Shown here in pieces: positions 1 to 9,278 of a stretch of DNA of 64,000 bases; position 1 is the stretch's first letter, and each line of letters begins with the position of its first letter. The notes under the pieces were generated by a model, which did no database searches, was not told the origin of the DNA, and saw only the letters and a list, made by a program, of their open reading frames with translations. Position numbers and translations under genes: made by a program. The stretch covers positions 13,985 through 77,984 of the forward strand of contig JALHOE010000006.1 of NCBI GenBank assembly GCA_022843175.1, written 5' to 3'. The DNA comes from Deltaproteobacteria bacterium. GTDB lineage: Bacteria > Myxococcota_A > Polyangia > Polyangiales > JADJMO01.

Positions 1-2358
1 GTGCAGGGCCGCGGCAGCGCCGCCAACAGCGCCATCTGTTACTGCCTCGGGATCACCGCGATCGATCCCATCGGCCGCGAGATGCTCTTCGAGCGGTTCC
101 TCTCCGAGGGCCGCGCGGAGCCGCCGGACATCGACCTCGACATCGAGCACGAGCGGCGCGAGGAGCTCCTCCAATACGTCTATCAACGCTACGGCCGCAC
201 CCACGCAGCGATGGTCGCGGCGGTGCACACCTACCAGCCGCGTGCGGCGGCCAAGGACGTGGCGCGCGTGCTCGGCCTGTCCGTCGAGCAGGGCGCCTCG
301 CTCGCGAGCCTGTGCGACCGCTTCGTTGGGATGGAGCCGTGGGGCGGCAGCCACCGCACCGGAGCCGCCGCGCCGGTGCCCGCACAGGGCCTCGACCTCC
401 GCCGCAACAAGGAGGACCGAGCCGCGCTCGGCAACGGCACGTGGCGCGAGGACTTCCTCCGCGAGCACCCGCGCAACACGGTCAAGAACGCGCTCCGTCC
501 CAAAGCACAGACCCACGAGAACGCCCCCGGCGACGGCTACGTCCATCGCATGGACAAAGACCGCCTCAAGGATCCGGAGTCCCTGCGGGCCGCCGGCCTC
601 GACCCGAACGACCGCCGCGTCGCGATGGTGCCCTGGTTCGTCGATCGCATGGTCGGCTTGCCGCGCCATCGCGCGATCCACACCGGCGGGTTCGTGCTGT
701 CGGAGCGTCCGATCGGCGAGGTGTGTCCGGTCGAGTGGGCGGCGATGCCCGGCCGCTCGATCCTCCAGTGGGAGAAGGACGACCTCTCCACGCTCGGCCT
801 CGTGAAGTTCGACCTCCTCGGTCTCGGCATGCTCACGGTCATCGCCAAGCACCTCGACCTCATCGAGCAACACCGCGGCGTGCGGCTCGACCTCTGGCAG
901 CTCCCCCACGAGGACGAGAGCGTGTTCGACATGATCTGCAAGGCAGACACGATCGGCCTCTTCCAGATCGAGTCCCGCGCGCAGATGAACACGTTGCCGC
1001 GCCTGCAGCCGCGCCAGTTCTACGACCTCGTGGTGGAGGTCGCGCTCATTCGGCCGGGGCCGATCCAGGGCGAGATGGTCCACCCCTACCTCCGTCGGCG
1101 CCGCGGCGAGGAGCCGATTACGTATCTCCACCCGGACCTCGAGCCGCACCTCGCGCGCACGCTCGGCGTGCCGCTGTTCCAAGAGCAGGGCATGAAGATC
1201 GCCATCGAGGTCGGCGGCTTCTCGCCGACCGAGGCCGACGAGCTGCGCCGGGCGATGGCGCACAAGCGCTCACGCAAGGCGATGAACGAGCTCGGCGAGA
1301 AGCTCATCTCGCGCATGACCGCCAAGGGCTACGACAGCGGGATCGCCGAACGGATCGTCAAGCAGCTCACCGCGTTCGCCGACTACGGCTTCCCCGAGAG
1401 CCACGCCGCGTCGTTCGCGCTGCTCGTGTGGGCGTCGGCGTATCTCAAGTACCACTACACGCCGGAGTTCCTCGCGGCGATCCTCAACTCGCAGCCGATG
1501 GGCTTCTACTCTGCATCCACGCTGGTCGAGGACGCGAAGCGCCACCACGTCGTCGTCCGCGCCCCCTGCGTGATGAGCTCCGAGTGGGACTGCACGCTGG
1601 AGCCCATCTCGCCGCTGACGGCGCCGCGCGGCGAGCTCCAGCCCTTCGCGACACGCATCGGCCTCCGCTACGTGCGCGGGCTCGGCGAGCGCACCAAGCC
1701 GTGGATCGCGCGGGCGATCTCCCCGCGACCGCGGTCGATCGCCGACTTCGTGCGGCGCGCCAGCCTCGAGCACGGCGGGCTCGACGAGGGGCAGCTCTTG
1801 TCGCTCGCGCACGCCGGCGCGTTCGACGCGCTCGAGCCGGAGCGACGCCGCGCGATCTGGGAGGTGATGCGCCTCGCGCGTCTGCCGGCGGGCCCCCTCG
1901 ATCTCCCCGGCATCGAGCGCGATCCGCCGCGGCTCCCGCAGCAGAGCGAGGCCGAGCTCGTGTCGGCAGACTTCCTGCGCGTGGGCCTCACCGCGCGCGA
2001 CCACCCGATGTCGTTCCTCCGCGGCGAGCTCGACGCGCGCGGCGTCGTCGCGGCGGTCGCGCTCGCCAAGTGCCACCGCCGGCAGGTGAAGGTGGCGGGC
2101 CTGGTGATCTGCCGCCAGCGTCCGGCCACCGCCAAGGGCTTCGTCTTCATCACGCTCGAGGACGAGGGCGGGATGGTCAACATCATCGTCGAGCCGCAGC
2201 TGTTCGAGCGTCAGCGCGGCGCGATCGTGCAGAACTCGGCGCTGGAGATCGACGGCGAGCTCGAGCGCCAGCAGGACGTCATCAACGTCAAGGCGAAGCA
2301 CATCCGAGCCCTCGCGCTGCCATGGGCAGCGGGGGCGAAGTCGCATGATTTCCACTGA
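1..2358 (+). CDS. dnaE2: Error-prone DNA polymerase DnaE2/ImuC, 5'-truncated by the window edge
   Basis: The frame is open from nt 1. The translation QGRGSAANSAICYCLGITAIDP...PDIDLDIEHERREE...IHTGGFVLS...FQIESRAQM...FPESHAASFALLVW is the Pol III alpha core in its DnaE2-type form. Stop is TGA at 2356-2358. Confidence 0.9.
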   Translation: MQGRGSAANSAICYCLGITAIDPIGREMLFERFLSEGRAEPPDIDLDIEHERREELLQYVYQRYGRTHAAMVAAVHTYQPRAAAKDVARVLGLSVEQGASLASLCDRFVGMEPWGGSHRTGAAAPVPAQGLDLRRNKEDRAALGNGTWREDFLREHPRNTVKNALRPKAQTHENAPGDGYVHRMDKDRLKDPESLRAAGLDPNDRRVAMVPWFVDRMVGLPRHRAIHTGGFVLSERPIGEVCPVEWAAMPGRSILQWEKDDLSTLGLVKFDLLGLGMLTVIAKHLDLIEQHRGVRLDLWQLPHEDESVFDMICKADTIGLFQIESRAQMNTLPRLQPRQFYDLVVEVALIRPGPIQGEMVHPYLRRRRGEEPITYLHPDLEPHLARTLGVPLFQEQGMKIAIEVGGFSPTEADELRRAMAHKRSRKAMNELGEKLISRMTAKGYDSGIAERIVKQLTAFADYGFPESHAASFALLVWASAYLKYHYTPEFLAAILNSQPMGFYSASTLVEDAKRHHVVVRAPCVMSSEWDCTLEPISPLTAPRGELQPFATRIGLRYVRGLGERTKPWIARAISPRPRSIADFVRRASLEHGGLDEGQLLSLAHAGAFDALEPERRRAIWEVMRLARLPAGPLDLPGIERDPPRLPQQSEAELVSADFLRVGLTARDHPMSFLRGELDARGVVAAVALAKCHRRQVKVAGLVICRQRPATAKGFVFITLEDEGGMVNIIVEPQLFERQRGAIVQNSALEIDGELERQQDVINVKAKHIRALALPWAAGAKSHDFH

Positions 2359-2374
2359 ACCGCGGCATGTCCAT

Positions 2375-2511
2375 GCCCGTGCCCGTGCCCGTGCCCGTGC
2401 CCGATTCCCACCGCGCTCGATCAAGCGCGTCGACTTCGCGTGAAGGCGGAGGAGGCCACGGACGTCGCTGACCCGACGGGCACGGGCACGGGCACGGGCA
2501 CGGGCACGGGC
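2375..2511. repeat. Inverted pair of hexanucleotide tandem arrays: (GCCCGT)~5 and (ACGGGC)6
   Basis: Read directly from the sequence. GCCCGT repeats run from 2375 to 2403. The exact reverse-complement unit ACGGGC occurs six times from 2476 to 2511. The two arrays are 72 nt apart. The region sits between the dnaE2 stop and the arsR-like start. Confidence 0.9.
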
Positions 2512-2569
2512 AACCACGCGATCGGAGCTCGCCCCCCCGATGAAATTCGCACGGGTCCCCTTGCCATTG

Positions 2570-2601
2570 TTCGATGAGCATCTAAATAGATACCCATCGA
2601 A
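2570..2601. promoter_or_regulatory. Imperfect 32-bp palindrome abutting the ArsR-family start codon (candidate autoregulatory operator)
   Basis: The sequence is TTCGATGagcATCTAaaTAGATaccCATCGAA. The outer 7-bp arms and inner 5-bp arms are exact reverse complements. The region is locally AT-richer than its surroundings. The last base is the A of the ATG at 2601. Confidence 0.4.
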
Positions 2602-2897
2602 TGACCGCGCCCTCCCCCTTCGCCGCCCTCGCCGACGAGACCCGCCGCGAGATCCTCGCGCTCCTGCGAGACGGCTCGCGTCCGGCGGGGGAGATCGCGG
2701 ACGCATTCGAGCTGTCGAAGCCGACCATCTCCCACCACCTCAAGGTGCTCGAGAGCGCCGGTCTCGTCCGGTCGGAACGGCGCGGCACCAGCATCGTCTA
2801 CACGCTGCAGTCCAACGTCCTCGAAGATCTCGCGCGCGGCCTCTACGACCTCGCCGCGGGGCTCGGGGGCCGCCGGAAGAAGAGGGTGAGCCCATGA
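2601..2897 (+). CDS. ArsR/SmtB-family (SdpR-like) winged-HTH transcriptional regulator
   Basis: 98 aa. The translation [50 protein letters not shown] is the canonical ArsR HTH_20 signature. Its stop overlaps the next start (ATGA at 2894-2897). Confidence 0.88.
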   Translation: MTAPSPFAALADETRREILALLRDGSRPAGEIADAFELSKPTISHHLKVLESAGLVRSERRGTSIVYTLQSNVLEDLARGLYDLAAGLGGRRKKRVSP

Positions 2898-3535
2898 ACA
2901 AGTCTCGCATCGACGCCGTCTCCCTCGCGCTCCTCGGGCTCGCGTCGGCGATCACCGGCGCGGTCTACGGCCGGCTGCCGCAGCAGATGCCGGTGCACTT
3001 CAACCTCTACGGCAAGCCGGACGGCTGGATGGGTAAGCCCGTCGGCGCCTGGCTCCTCCTCGGGCTCACGCTCGTCACGTGGCTGCTCGTACGCTTCGGC
3101 GCTGCGCTCCTCCCGAAGCAGGCGCGCGAGCGCATGGCCGCGTCGCCGGTCGCGCTCGTCGGGCTCCTCACGGTCGGCTTCTTCGTCGGCCTCCAACTGC
3201 TCGTCCTCCACGCGGCGCTCACCTCTGCCGCATCGATGGGCAGCTCGTTCGGCGTGCTGTTCGGCGTCTACTGGATCGTCCTCGCCCAGGTGCTCCCGCG
3301 CGTGCGCCGCAATCCCTTCATCGGGATCCGCACCGCGTGGACGCTGAGCTCGGACGAGAACTGGGCGCGCACCCACCGCTTCGGCGCCCGGGCGTTCACC
3401 CTCGGCGGGCTCGTCGCGGTGCTCGCGGCGCTCGCCTCGATGCCGGCCATCGCGATCGGCGCGATCCTCGTCTCGGCGCTCGCGCCGGTGGTCTGGTCGT
3501 TCGTGGTAGCCCACCGCCTCCCGCCGGAGGCGTGA
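2894..3535 (+). CDS. SdpI/YhfL-family membrane protein (DUF1648 + SdpI domains)
   Basis: The start is an internal ATG of track ORF 2540..3535. It has multiple hydrophobic helices. [18 protein letters not shown] matches DUF1648 and [25 protein letters not shown] matches the SdpI motif. It is translationally coupled to the ArsR gene. Confidence 0.8.
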   Translation: MNKSRIDAVSLALLGLASAITGAVYGRLPQQMPVHFNLYGKPDGWMGKPVGAWLLLGLTLVTWLLVRFGAALLPKQARERMAASPVALVGLLTVGFFVGLQLLVLHAALTSAASMGSSFGVLFGVYWIVLAQVLPRVRRNPFIGIRTAWTLSSDENWARTHRFGARAFTLGGLVAVLAALASMPAIAIGAILVSALAPVVWSFVVAHRLPPEA

Positions 3536-3541
3536 GCCCCG

Positions 3542-6001
3542 CTACACGCGCTGCGCGGCGCCGAGCGCCCTGGTTGCGGCGATCGCCTTCTGCTGCGCGG
3601 CGTCGATCTCCGCGTCGGTCAGGGTGCGGGCGCCCTTCGGGTCGCGATAGGTGAGGCGGAGGGCGATCGACTTCTTGCCCTCGGCCACGCCCTTGCCGCG
3701 ATAGACGTCGAAGACGTCGACCGAGGCGCAGAGGGGTCCCGCGCCCTCGGCGAGCGCGCGCAACAGATCGCCCGCGAGCGTGGGCTCGTCGACCTCGAGC
3801 GCGACGTCGCGCGTGCTCGACGGAACGGCCGGCAGCGCTTGAAAGCGCGGGATGCGCTCGCCGAGCTGCTCGATCGCCCGGAGATCGATCTCGACGACCA
3901 TCGCCGCGCCGTCGAGATCGAGCCGCTCGACCACCTCGGGATGGAGCGGACCGAACACGCCGACGGTGCGCCCCTCGACCACCACGCGGGCTGCGCCGCG
4001 CGGGTGGAGGTGCGACGGTCGATCGCCATCGAACAGCGGGGCGACCTCGGGCGTGATCCTCGCGAGGCGCGAGACCAACTCGACCGCGACACCCTTGGCG
4101 TCCCACACGTCCACGTCCTCGCCCTGCCCGAGCCACGCGTCGCGCGGGCCGGCGAGCACGGCCGCGAACGACAGCACCTCGTCGCAGAGCCCGACGTCGG
4201 CCTCGGCGCCGCCCTCGAGGAAGCGCATGCCGACCTCGAACAACCGGACGTGTCGCTCGCCCCGATTGCGCGAGCGGCGAAGCCCGCCGAGAAGCCCGGG
4301 GAGCAGCGAGGTGCGCATCACGCTCCGCTCCTCGCCGAGCGGGTTCTGGAGGAACACGACCGGCTTCGGCGCGCCGACGATCTCGAGCTCGCGCGGCGAC
4401 GCGAAACCATAGGACACCGCCTCCGACAGCCCGAGCTCGCGCCCGAGGTGACGCGCGCGGCGCTCGACCACGCCGACGGTGCGCGGGGGCTGCGGGCGAA
4501 TCGCGGGGAGGACGGTGGGGATCGCGTCGAGGCCGCGGACGCGCGCGATCTCTTCGATCAGATCGACCTCGAGGGTGAGGTCGGGGCGATGGGTCGGCGC
4601 GAGGATCTTATCGCCCGCGAGCTCACAGCCGAGCCGCTCGAAGATCGCGCGGGCCTCGGCTTCGGGCACCTCGACGCCGAGGAGCTGCTCGAGCCGCGCG
4701 TGGCGGAACGGGATCGCGGCGCGCTGCGGCTCGGCGACGCGCACGTGGAGCGCCTCGCGTGCGGCGCTGCCACCGGTGAGCGACACCGTGAGCGCGGAGG
4801 CCGCGGCGAGCACCGTGGCGACGCCAGCCGGGTCGACGCCGCGCTCGAAGCGGTGCGAGGACTCGCTGTGGAGGCCGTGCCGCCGCGCCGTGCGGCGAAC
4901 GCCGCGCGGATCGAAGTACGCGCACTCCAGGAGCACGCGCCGGGTCGACTCCGAGATCTCGCTGTTGCCCGCGCCCATCACGCCGGCGAGCGCGACCGGC
5001 TTGCCGCCGCTCGGGCCGCCGTCGCAGATGACGAGGTCGTCGGAGGTGAGCGTGCGGGTGACGCCGTCGAGCGTGACGACCTGCTCGCCCTCGCGCGCGA
5101 GGCGCACGTGGATCGCCGGGCCGTCGAGGCGGTCGAGATCGAAGGCGTGCAGCGGGTGGCCGTACTCGAGCATCACCAGGTTGGTCACGTCGACGGCGTT
5201 GGAGATGGAGCGCACGCCGAGCGCATGGAGGCGGTATCGGACGGAGAGCGGCGACGCGGACACGCCCACGTCGTGGATCGCGACGGCCCCGTAGTGGGGA
5301 CACCGAGCGCGCGCCGCGTCGTCGATGGAGACACGCGCGAGCTCGCCGGTCGCCTGCCCGAAGGTGCGCTCGGCCGCGCGCGGCGAGGGATAGCGCCACG
5401 GCAGCGCGAGGAGCGCCGCGAGCTCGCGGGCGAGCCCGACGTGACCGAGCGCGTCGGGGCGATTGGGGGTGACGCCGATCTCGAGGATCTCGTCGGACGC
5501 CGACGGGACCACGTCGACGAAGCGCGCGCCGGGCGCGGCGAAGTCGTTGGGGAGCACGAGGATGCCCGCGCTCGCCTCTTCCTTGCCGCCGAACGTGAGG
5601 CCGAGCTCGGACTCCGAGCAGAGCATGCCCTCGCTCACGACGCCGCCGATGGGGCGCGCGGCGATCGTCATCCCGGTGGCCGGCAGGTGGGTGCCGAGCG
5701 GCGCGAGCAGCACGAGGCCGCCCGGCGGAGGGACGTTCTTGGCGCCGCACACGACCTCTTGCGAGCCGCCGCCGCGGTCGACCGTGACGAGCTGCAGGCC
5801 CGACTTGCTCGGGTGGGGGCGGACCGAGACGACCCGGGCGACGAGCACCGGCTCGATGCCCTCGCCGAACCGGCTGATGCCCTCGACCTCGAGGCCGGCC
5901 GCGGTGAAGCGCGCGGCGACGGCTCGACCGTCGATCGACGCATGCTCGGTGCCTTGCAGAGAGGGGATCAGCGCGCGCAACCAGGCGACGGAGACCTTCA
6001 T
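3542..6001 (-). CDS. pheT: Phenylalanine--tRNA ligase beta subunit
   Basis: 819 aa. It begins MKVSVAWLRALIP with a tRNA-binding N-domain, followed by B3/4 and B5 regions, and ends with an FDX-ACB-type region (KKSIALRLTYRDP). The architecture is full-length PheT. Confidence 0.95.
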   Translation of the reverse strand: MKVSVAWLRALIPSLQGTEHASIDGRAVAARFTAAGLEVEGISRFGEGIEPVLVARVVSVRPHPSKSGLQLVTVDRGGGSQEVVCGAKNVPPPGGLVLLAPLGTHLPATGMTIAARPIGGVVSEGMLCSESELGLTFGGKEEASAGILVLPNDFAAPGARFVDVVPSASDEILEIGVTPNRPDALGHVGLARELAALLALPWRYPSPRAAERTFGQATGELARVSIDDAARARCPHYGAVAIHDVGVSASPLSVRYRLHALGVRSISNAVDVTNLVMLEYGHPLHAFDLDRLDGPAIHVRLAREGEQVVTLDGVTRTLTSDDLVICDGGPSGGKPVALAGVMGAGNSEISESTRRVLLECAYFDPRGVRRTARRHGLHSESSHRFERGVDPAGVATVLAAASALTVSLTGGSAAREALHVRVAEPQRAAIPFRHARLEQLLGVEVPEAEARAIFERLGCELAGDKILAPTHRPDLTLEVDLIEEIARVRGLDAIPTVLPAIRPQPPRTVGVVERRARHLGRELGLSEAVSYGFASPRELEIVGAPKPVVFLQNPLGEERSVMRTSLLPGLLGGLRRSRNRGERHVRLFEVGMRFLEGGAEADVGLCDEVLSFAAVLAGPRDAWLGQGEDVDVWDAKGVAVELVSRLARITPEVAPLFDGDRPSHLHPRGAARVVVEGRTVGVFGPLHPEVVERLDLDGAAMVVEIDLRAIEQLGERIPRFQALPAVPSSTRDVALEVDEPTLAGDLLRALAEGAGPLCASVDVFDVYRGKGVAEGKKSIALRLTYRDPKGARTLTDAEIDAAQQKAIAATRALGAAQRV

Positions 6002-6038
6002 GGCGGAGCGGGGGTTAGCACGGGCGGCGCGGAGAGTC

Positions 6039-7490
6039 CTACCGCCAGATCCCCACCGAGAGGCCGTAGTTCCAGAAGTTGTGGGTGACGTCGACGGCCA
6101 TGGTCACGCGCCACGAGGTCCCCTCCTCGTAGAGGCCGAACACGCGCCACTTGAACAGGTTGAGGTCGAAGCCGGCGGTGACGTGCTGGCGGAACGCCTT
6201 CCAGTCGGGCGTCATCGTGAAGCGCGACGGCTCGATGTACGTGCCGATCCGCGGCCGGAACACGTGCGGCACGATCTCGGTCTCGACCCCGGCCCGCGGC
6301 GAGTAGGTGACGACGGCGCCAGCGCGGGTCACCTGCTGCGTGAAGAACGACTCGAGGCTGATGCCGTTGGCCGTCGGTCCGGTGATCAGCATGCCGAGCG
6401 AGAACAGGATGTGCTCGCGCGGCAGCTGCCCGTACCTCGCCCGGGCCATGCGCGCGTAGCGCTTTCCGAACTCGCGGATCTCTCGATCCTCGGCGGCGTG
6501 GATGGTGGCCTCGTCGGCGTCGAGCTGCTTCTTGCGCGCCTCGCGCAGCTCGGCCGGGGTCGCGGTGAGCGCGGCGGCGTGTTCGAGCGCGCGCCGCGTG
6601 CGGGCCTGCCGAATGTCCTCGAGGAAGTATTCGCGATCGTCGTGCGGGTTGGCCCAGTGGATGTTGAGCGGGCGGCCCCCGCCCTGCATCGCGACGCCGA
6701 GGTCGATCTCCCACGGCAGGTTGACCGACTGCGGGATCCACCAACGATCGACCTGCGCGGCGTCCTCGTGCCCGCTGTCTCCCGTGCTCACTGCCATGCG
6801 GTAGGTGGCGCCGATGCGGAACGAGTGCTCGGCCGGCCGGTAGAGGAATCCCGCCTCGGGGGCCATACCCTGCACCGTGACGAGGCTCTTGGTCTCGCCC
6901 GCGGCCGTGGTGCCGGACACGTCGAAGCCGATGTGCCGGAGACCGCCGCCGATGACCAGATCGCCGTCGAAGAACGTGCGTCCGGCGAGCAGCTTGGTCT
7001 TGCTGAGGAAGCCGCGGTAGCTCTCCTCGCCCCTGCCGCGCTCCGGGGTGAGATCGAACCGCGAGAGGTCGGTGGTGACGCCGATGCCCCACGGACCGAG
7101 CTGCGCGTTCGCGCCGAGCGTCACGAACACGAAGCCGGAGTAGTTGAAGCCCTCGGCGACCCCGTCGTACTCGAGGTCGTCGAGCGTGCGGAACGGCGTC
7201 GGGATGCTGATCGACGCGTCGAGATCGTAGTCGAACCACTCCCACGACCAGGGCGTGCGCACCGCGGGCGCCGCGGCGTTGACCGCGTACCCGGCGAGCC
7301 CCTCGGCGATTCCCTGGTAGGCGCCGCCCAGGCCGAGAACCCGGCTCGCGGCGAACACCGGGCCGGTCACGACGTGGAGGCGGCAGCTGCGGATCGCCTC
7401 GTCGCGCGCGCCCTGCACGCACTGCGCGTCGCTCGGACGCGCGGCGAGGACTCCGGCGCAGACGAGCAGCGGCAGGGCTAGACGCTTCAC
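6039..7490 (-). CDS. Secreted/outer-membrane hypothetical protein (signal peptide, beta-rich, internal charged helix)
   Basis: A GTG start gives VKRLALPLLVCAGVLAARPSDAQ, which reads as a signal peptide. The body has alternating beta-like segments and a charged helical insert (ELREARKKQLDADEATIHAAEDREIREF). I recognise no family. It starts 1 nt after the upstream regulator's stop. Confidence 0.6.
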   Translation of the reverse strand: MKRLALPLLVCAGVLAARPSDAQCVQGARDEAIRSCRLHVVTGPVFAASRVLGLGGAYQGIAEGLAGYAVNAAAPAVRTPWSWEWFDYDLDASISIPTPFRTLDDLEYDGVAEGFNYSGFVFVTLGANAQLGPWGIGVTTDLSRFDLTPERGRGEESYRGFLSKTKLLAGRTFFDGDLVIGGGLRHIGFDVSGTTAAGETKSLVTVQGMAPEAGFLYRPAEHSFRIGATYRMAVSTGDSGHEDAAQVDRWWIPQSVNLPWEIDLGVAMQGGGRPLNIHWANPHDDREYFLEDIRQARTRRALEHAAALTATPAELREARKKQLDADEATIHAAEDREIREFGKRYARMARARYGQLPREHILFSLGMLITGPTANGISLESFFTQQVTRAGAVVTYSPRAGVETEIVPHVFRPRIGTYIEPSRFTMTPDWKAFRQHVTAGFDLNLFKWRVFGLYEEGTSWRVTMAVDVTHNFWNYGLSVGIWR

Positions 7491-7491
7491 C

Positions 7492-8103
7492 TCACTCGGA
7501 TCTACCGCCACCGAGCAGAAAGCGCGTCAATGGTTCGGCGTCGACCTTCGCCGTGGCGAGCAGCGCGTCGAGCAGCGTGCGACCGAGCTTCGAGAGCTCG
7601 AGGAGAGCCCGCACGCGCCGCACCTGGAGGTCGATCTTCGCGCGGAGCGCGTCGTCGGTGCGCGCGTCTCGTCGCTTGAGCTCGAGGCTCTCGATCGCAT
7701 GTTCGAAGGCCTCGACGGCGCTGACGATCTCAGCGCGCTCGCGCTCGCCGAGCACCCGCGAGATCATGCGCCAGAGCGCGACCTCGCCAACGAAGAAGTC
7801 CTTGCGCTCGCCCTGGACCCACACCTTCTTGACCACGCCCCAGCGCGTCAGCTCGGCGAGCGTCATGCTGACCGCGCCCGAGGAGATTTGCAGGAGGTCC
7901 TTGAGGTCTGCGGCGGTGAGCGGGTGCGGCGACAGATACATGACGGCCCACACGCGGCCCATGTTCCGCTTGAAGCCCCAGAACTCCATCAACCGCCCGA
8001 CCGCGTCGGTGACGGCGATCTCCGGCTCGGTGAGCGACAGGCCCTCCGCGCGCCCCACCTCCTTGGAGGTGGGCTTCTTGCGCTTGCGGGCGGCGCTCGT
8101 CAT
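7492..8103 (-). CDS. GbsR/MarR-type winged-helix transcriptional regulator
   Basis: 203 aa. The translation LMEFWGFKRNMGRVWAVMYLSPHPLTAADLKDLLQISSGAVSMTLAELTRWGVVKKV matches the GbsR/MarR_2-like HTH pattern. Confidence 0.7.
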   Translation of the reverse strand: MTSAARKRKKPTSKEVGRAEGLSLTEPEIAVTDAVGRLMEFWGFKRNMGRVWAVMYLSPHPLTAADLKDLLQISSGAVSMTLAELTRWGVVKKVWVQGERKDFFVGEVALWRMISRVLGERERAEIVSAVEAFEHAIESLELKRRDARTDDALRAKIDLQVRRVRALLELSKLGRTLLDALLATAKVDAEPLTRFLLGGGRSE

Positions 8104-8119
8104 GGCGCCACTCTAGCGC

Positions 8120-9268
8120 TCACGCGATGCGCGCGGCGAGATCTCGGGCGACACGGGCGAGCGCCTCACGGGCCGGGCCACGCGGGACGCCCTCGAGGGC
8201 AGCGAGCGCGCGGTTCGACTCGCCGAGCGCGCGGGCGCGGACCTCGTCGCACGCGCCCGAGGCGACGATGGCGGCGGCGATCTCGGCGGCGAGCGCCTCG
8301 TCGGCCTCGCCGTTGCGGAGGCGGCGCACGCGCTCGAGGATCGAGGGATCGCGCGCGACGGCGCGGAGCAGCGGCAGCGTGGGCTTGCCCTCCTTGACGT
8401 CGCCGAGGAGCGCCTTGCCCGTTCGCTTCGGATCGCCGACGAAATCGAGCAGATCGTCGACGATCTGAAACGCGACGCCGACGTGCGCGCCGTAGGCGCC
8501 GAGCGCGGCGGCGACCCGCTCGTCGGCGAGCGCGGCGCGCGCGCCGCTGCGGCACGCCCACGCGAAGAGCGAAGCGGTCTTGCCCTGCACGACGCGCTCG
8601 TAGGTGAGCTCGCTGAGATCGAGCGACGCGCGCCCGCGGAGCTGAACGATCTCGCCCTCGACCATCTTGCGTAGCGTGGCGAGCAGATCGCCGAGGATGC
8701 GGCCGTCGGCGCCGTCGAGCGGGTGTACGACCTCGAGCGCGTGGGTGAGCAGGAGATCGCCGGCGAGGACCGACACCGCGTTGCCCCACACCACCCGCGA
8801 CGTCTCGCGACCGCGTCGCTCGCGGCTGTCGTCGATCACATCGTCGTGGAGGAGCGTGGCGGAGTGGATCAGCTCGGCGGCCAGCGCGACGGAGCGCGCG
8901 CGCGCGGCGCGGTCGCCCGAGAGCCCGTTGGCGGCCGACGCAGACAGGAGCACCGCCACCGGCCGGACGCGCTTGCCGCCGGCGTTGACCAGGTGCGCCG
9001 CCGACTCGGCCGCAGGGGACGGGCCGCGATCGCAGGCGTCGGCGAGCTCGGAGGACAGCCACGCGAGGTCGACCGAGAGCGCGGCCGTGACCTGCTCGAG
9101 GTTCTCCCGGGCGCGGTCATCCACCCGGGGATCGCGGGCGACCTCGGAGAGGGACTCGAGCGGCTGCTCCGCTCGGGAGTGCTCGAGCGGCTGCTGGGCG
9201 TGTTCGAGCCCGGCGCGGGCGCCGCCGGTCATGGCTTTTCCAGTAATTTCCGGGGCATGCGCGGCCAT
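8120..9268 (-). CDS. Long-chain polyprenyl diphosphate synthase (IspB-like)
   Basis: Two Asp-rich motifs are present: LLHDDVIDDSRERRG and FQIVDDLLD. The track ORF begins at a TTG at 9283. I prefer the in-frame ATG at 9268 (MAAHAPE), but the start is uncertain. Confidence 0.85.
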   Translation of the reverse strand: MAAHAPEITGKAMTGGARAGLEHAQQPLEHSRAEQPLESLSEVARDPRVDDRARENLEQVTAALSVDLAWLSSELADACDRGPSPAAESAAHLVNAGGKRVRPVAVLLSASAANGLSGDRAARARSVALAAELIHSATLLHDDVIDDSRERRGRETSRVVWGNAVSVLAGDLLLTHALEVVHPLDGADGRILGDLLATLRKMVEGEIVQLRGRASLDLSELTYERVVQGKTASLFAWACRSGARAALADERVAAALGAYGAHVGVAFQIVDDLLDFVGDPKRTGKALLGDVKEGKPTLPLLRAVARDPSILERVRRLRNGEADEALAAEIAAAIVASGACDEVRARALGESNRALAALEGVPRGPAREALARVARDLAARIA

Positions 9269-9278
9269 GGTCGGACCT

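Noticed and set aside
312-2348. A 678-aa ORF in an alternative + frame, and the 478-aa antisense ORF 1270..2706, both overlapping dnaE2.
   Set aside because: The translations are Arg/Pro/Ala/Gly-dominated low-complexity sequence, typical of off-frame ORFs in high-GC DNA. The dnaE2 frame carries clear conserved motifs.
2211-2738. Short ORFs translating to GHGHGHGH, PCPCPCPC, PVPVPVPV or ARARAR across the hexamer arrays.
   Set aside because: These are artefacts of translating the (GCCCGT)n/(ACGGGC)n microsatellites in different frames. No start context was found, and the region is intergenic.
3839-7481. Long + strand ORFs (3839..6088, 749 aa; 5463..7481, 672 aa) opposite pheT and the secreted protein gene.
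   Set aside because: These are antisense shadow ORFs with Arg/Ala/Gly/Asp-rich composition and no motifs. The minus-strand genes are well supported.
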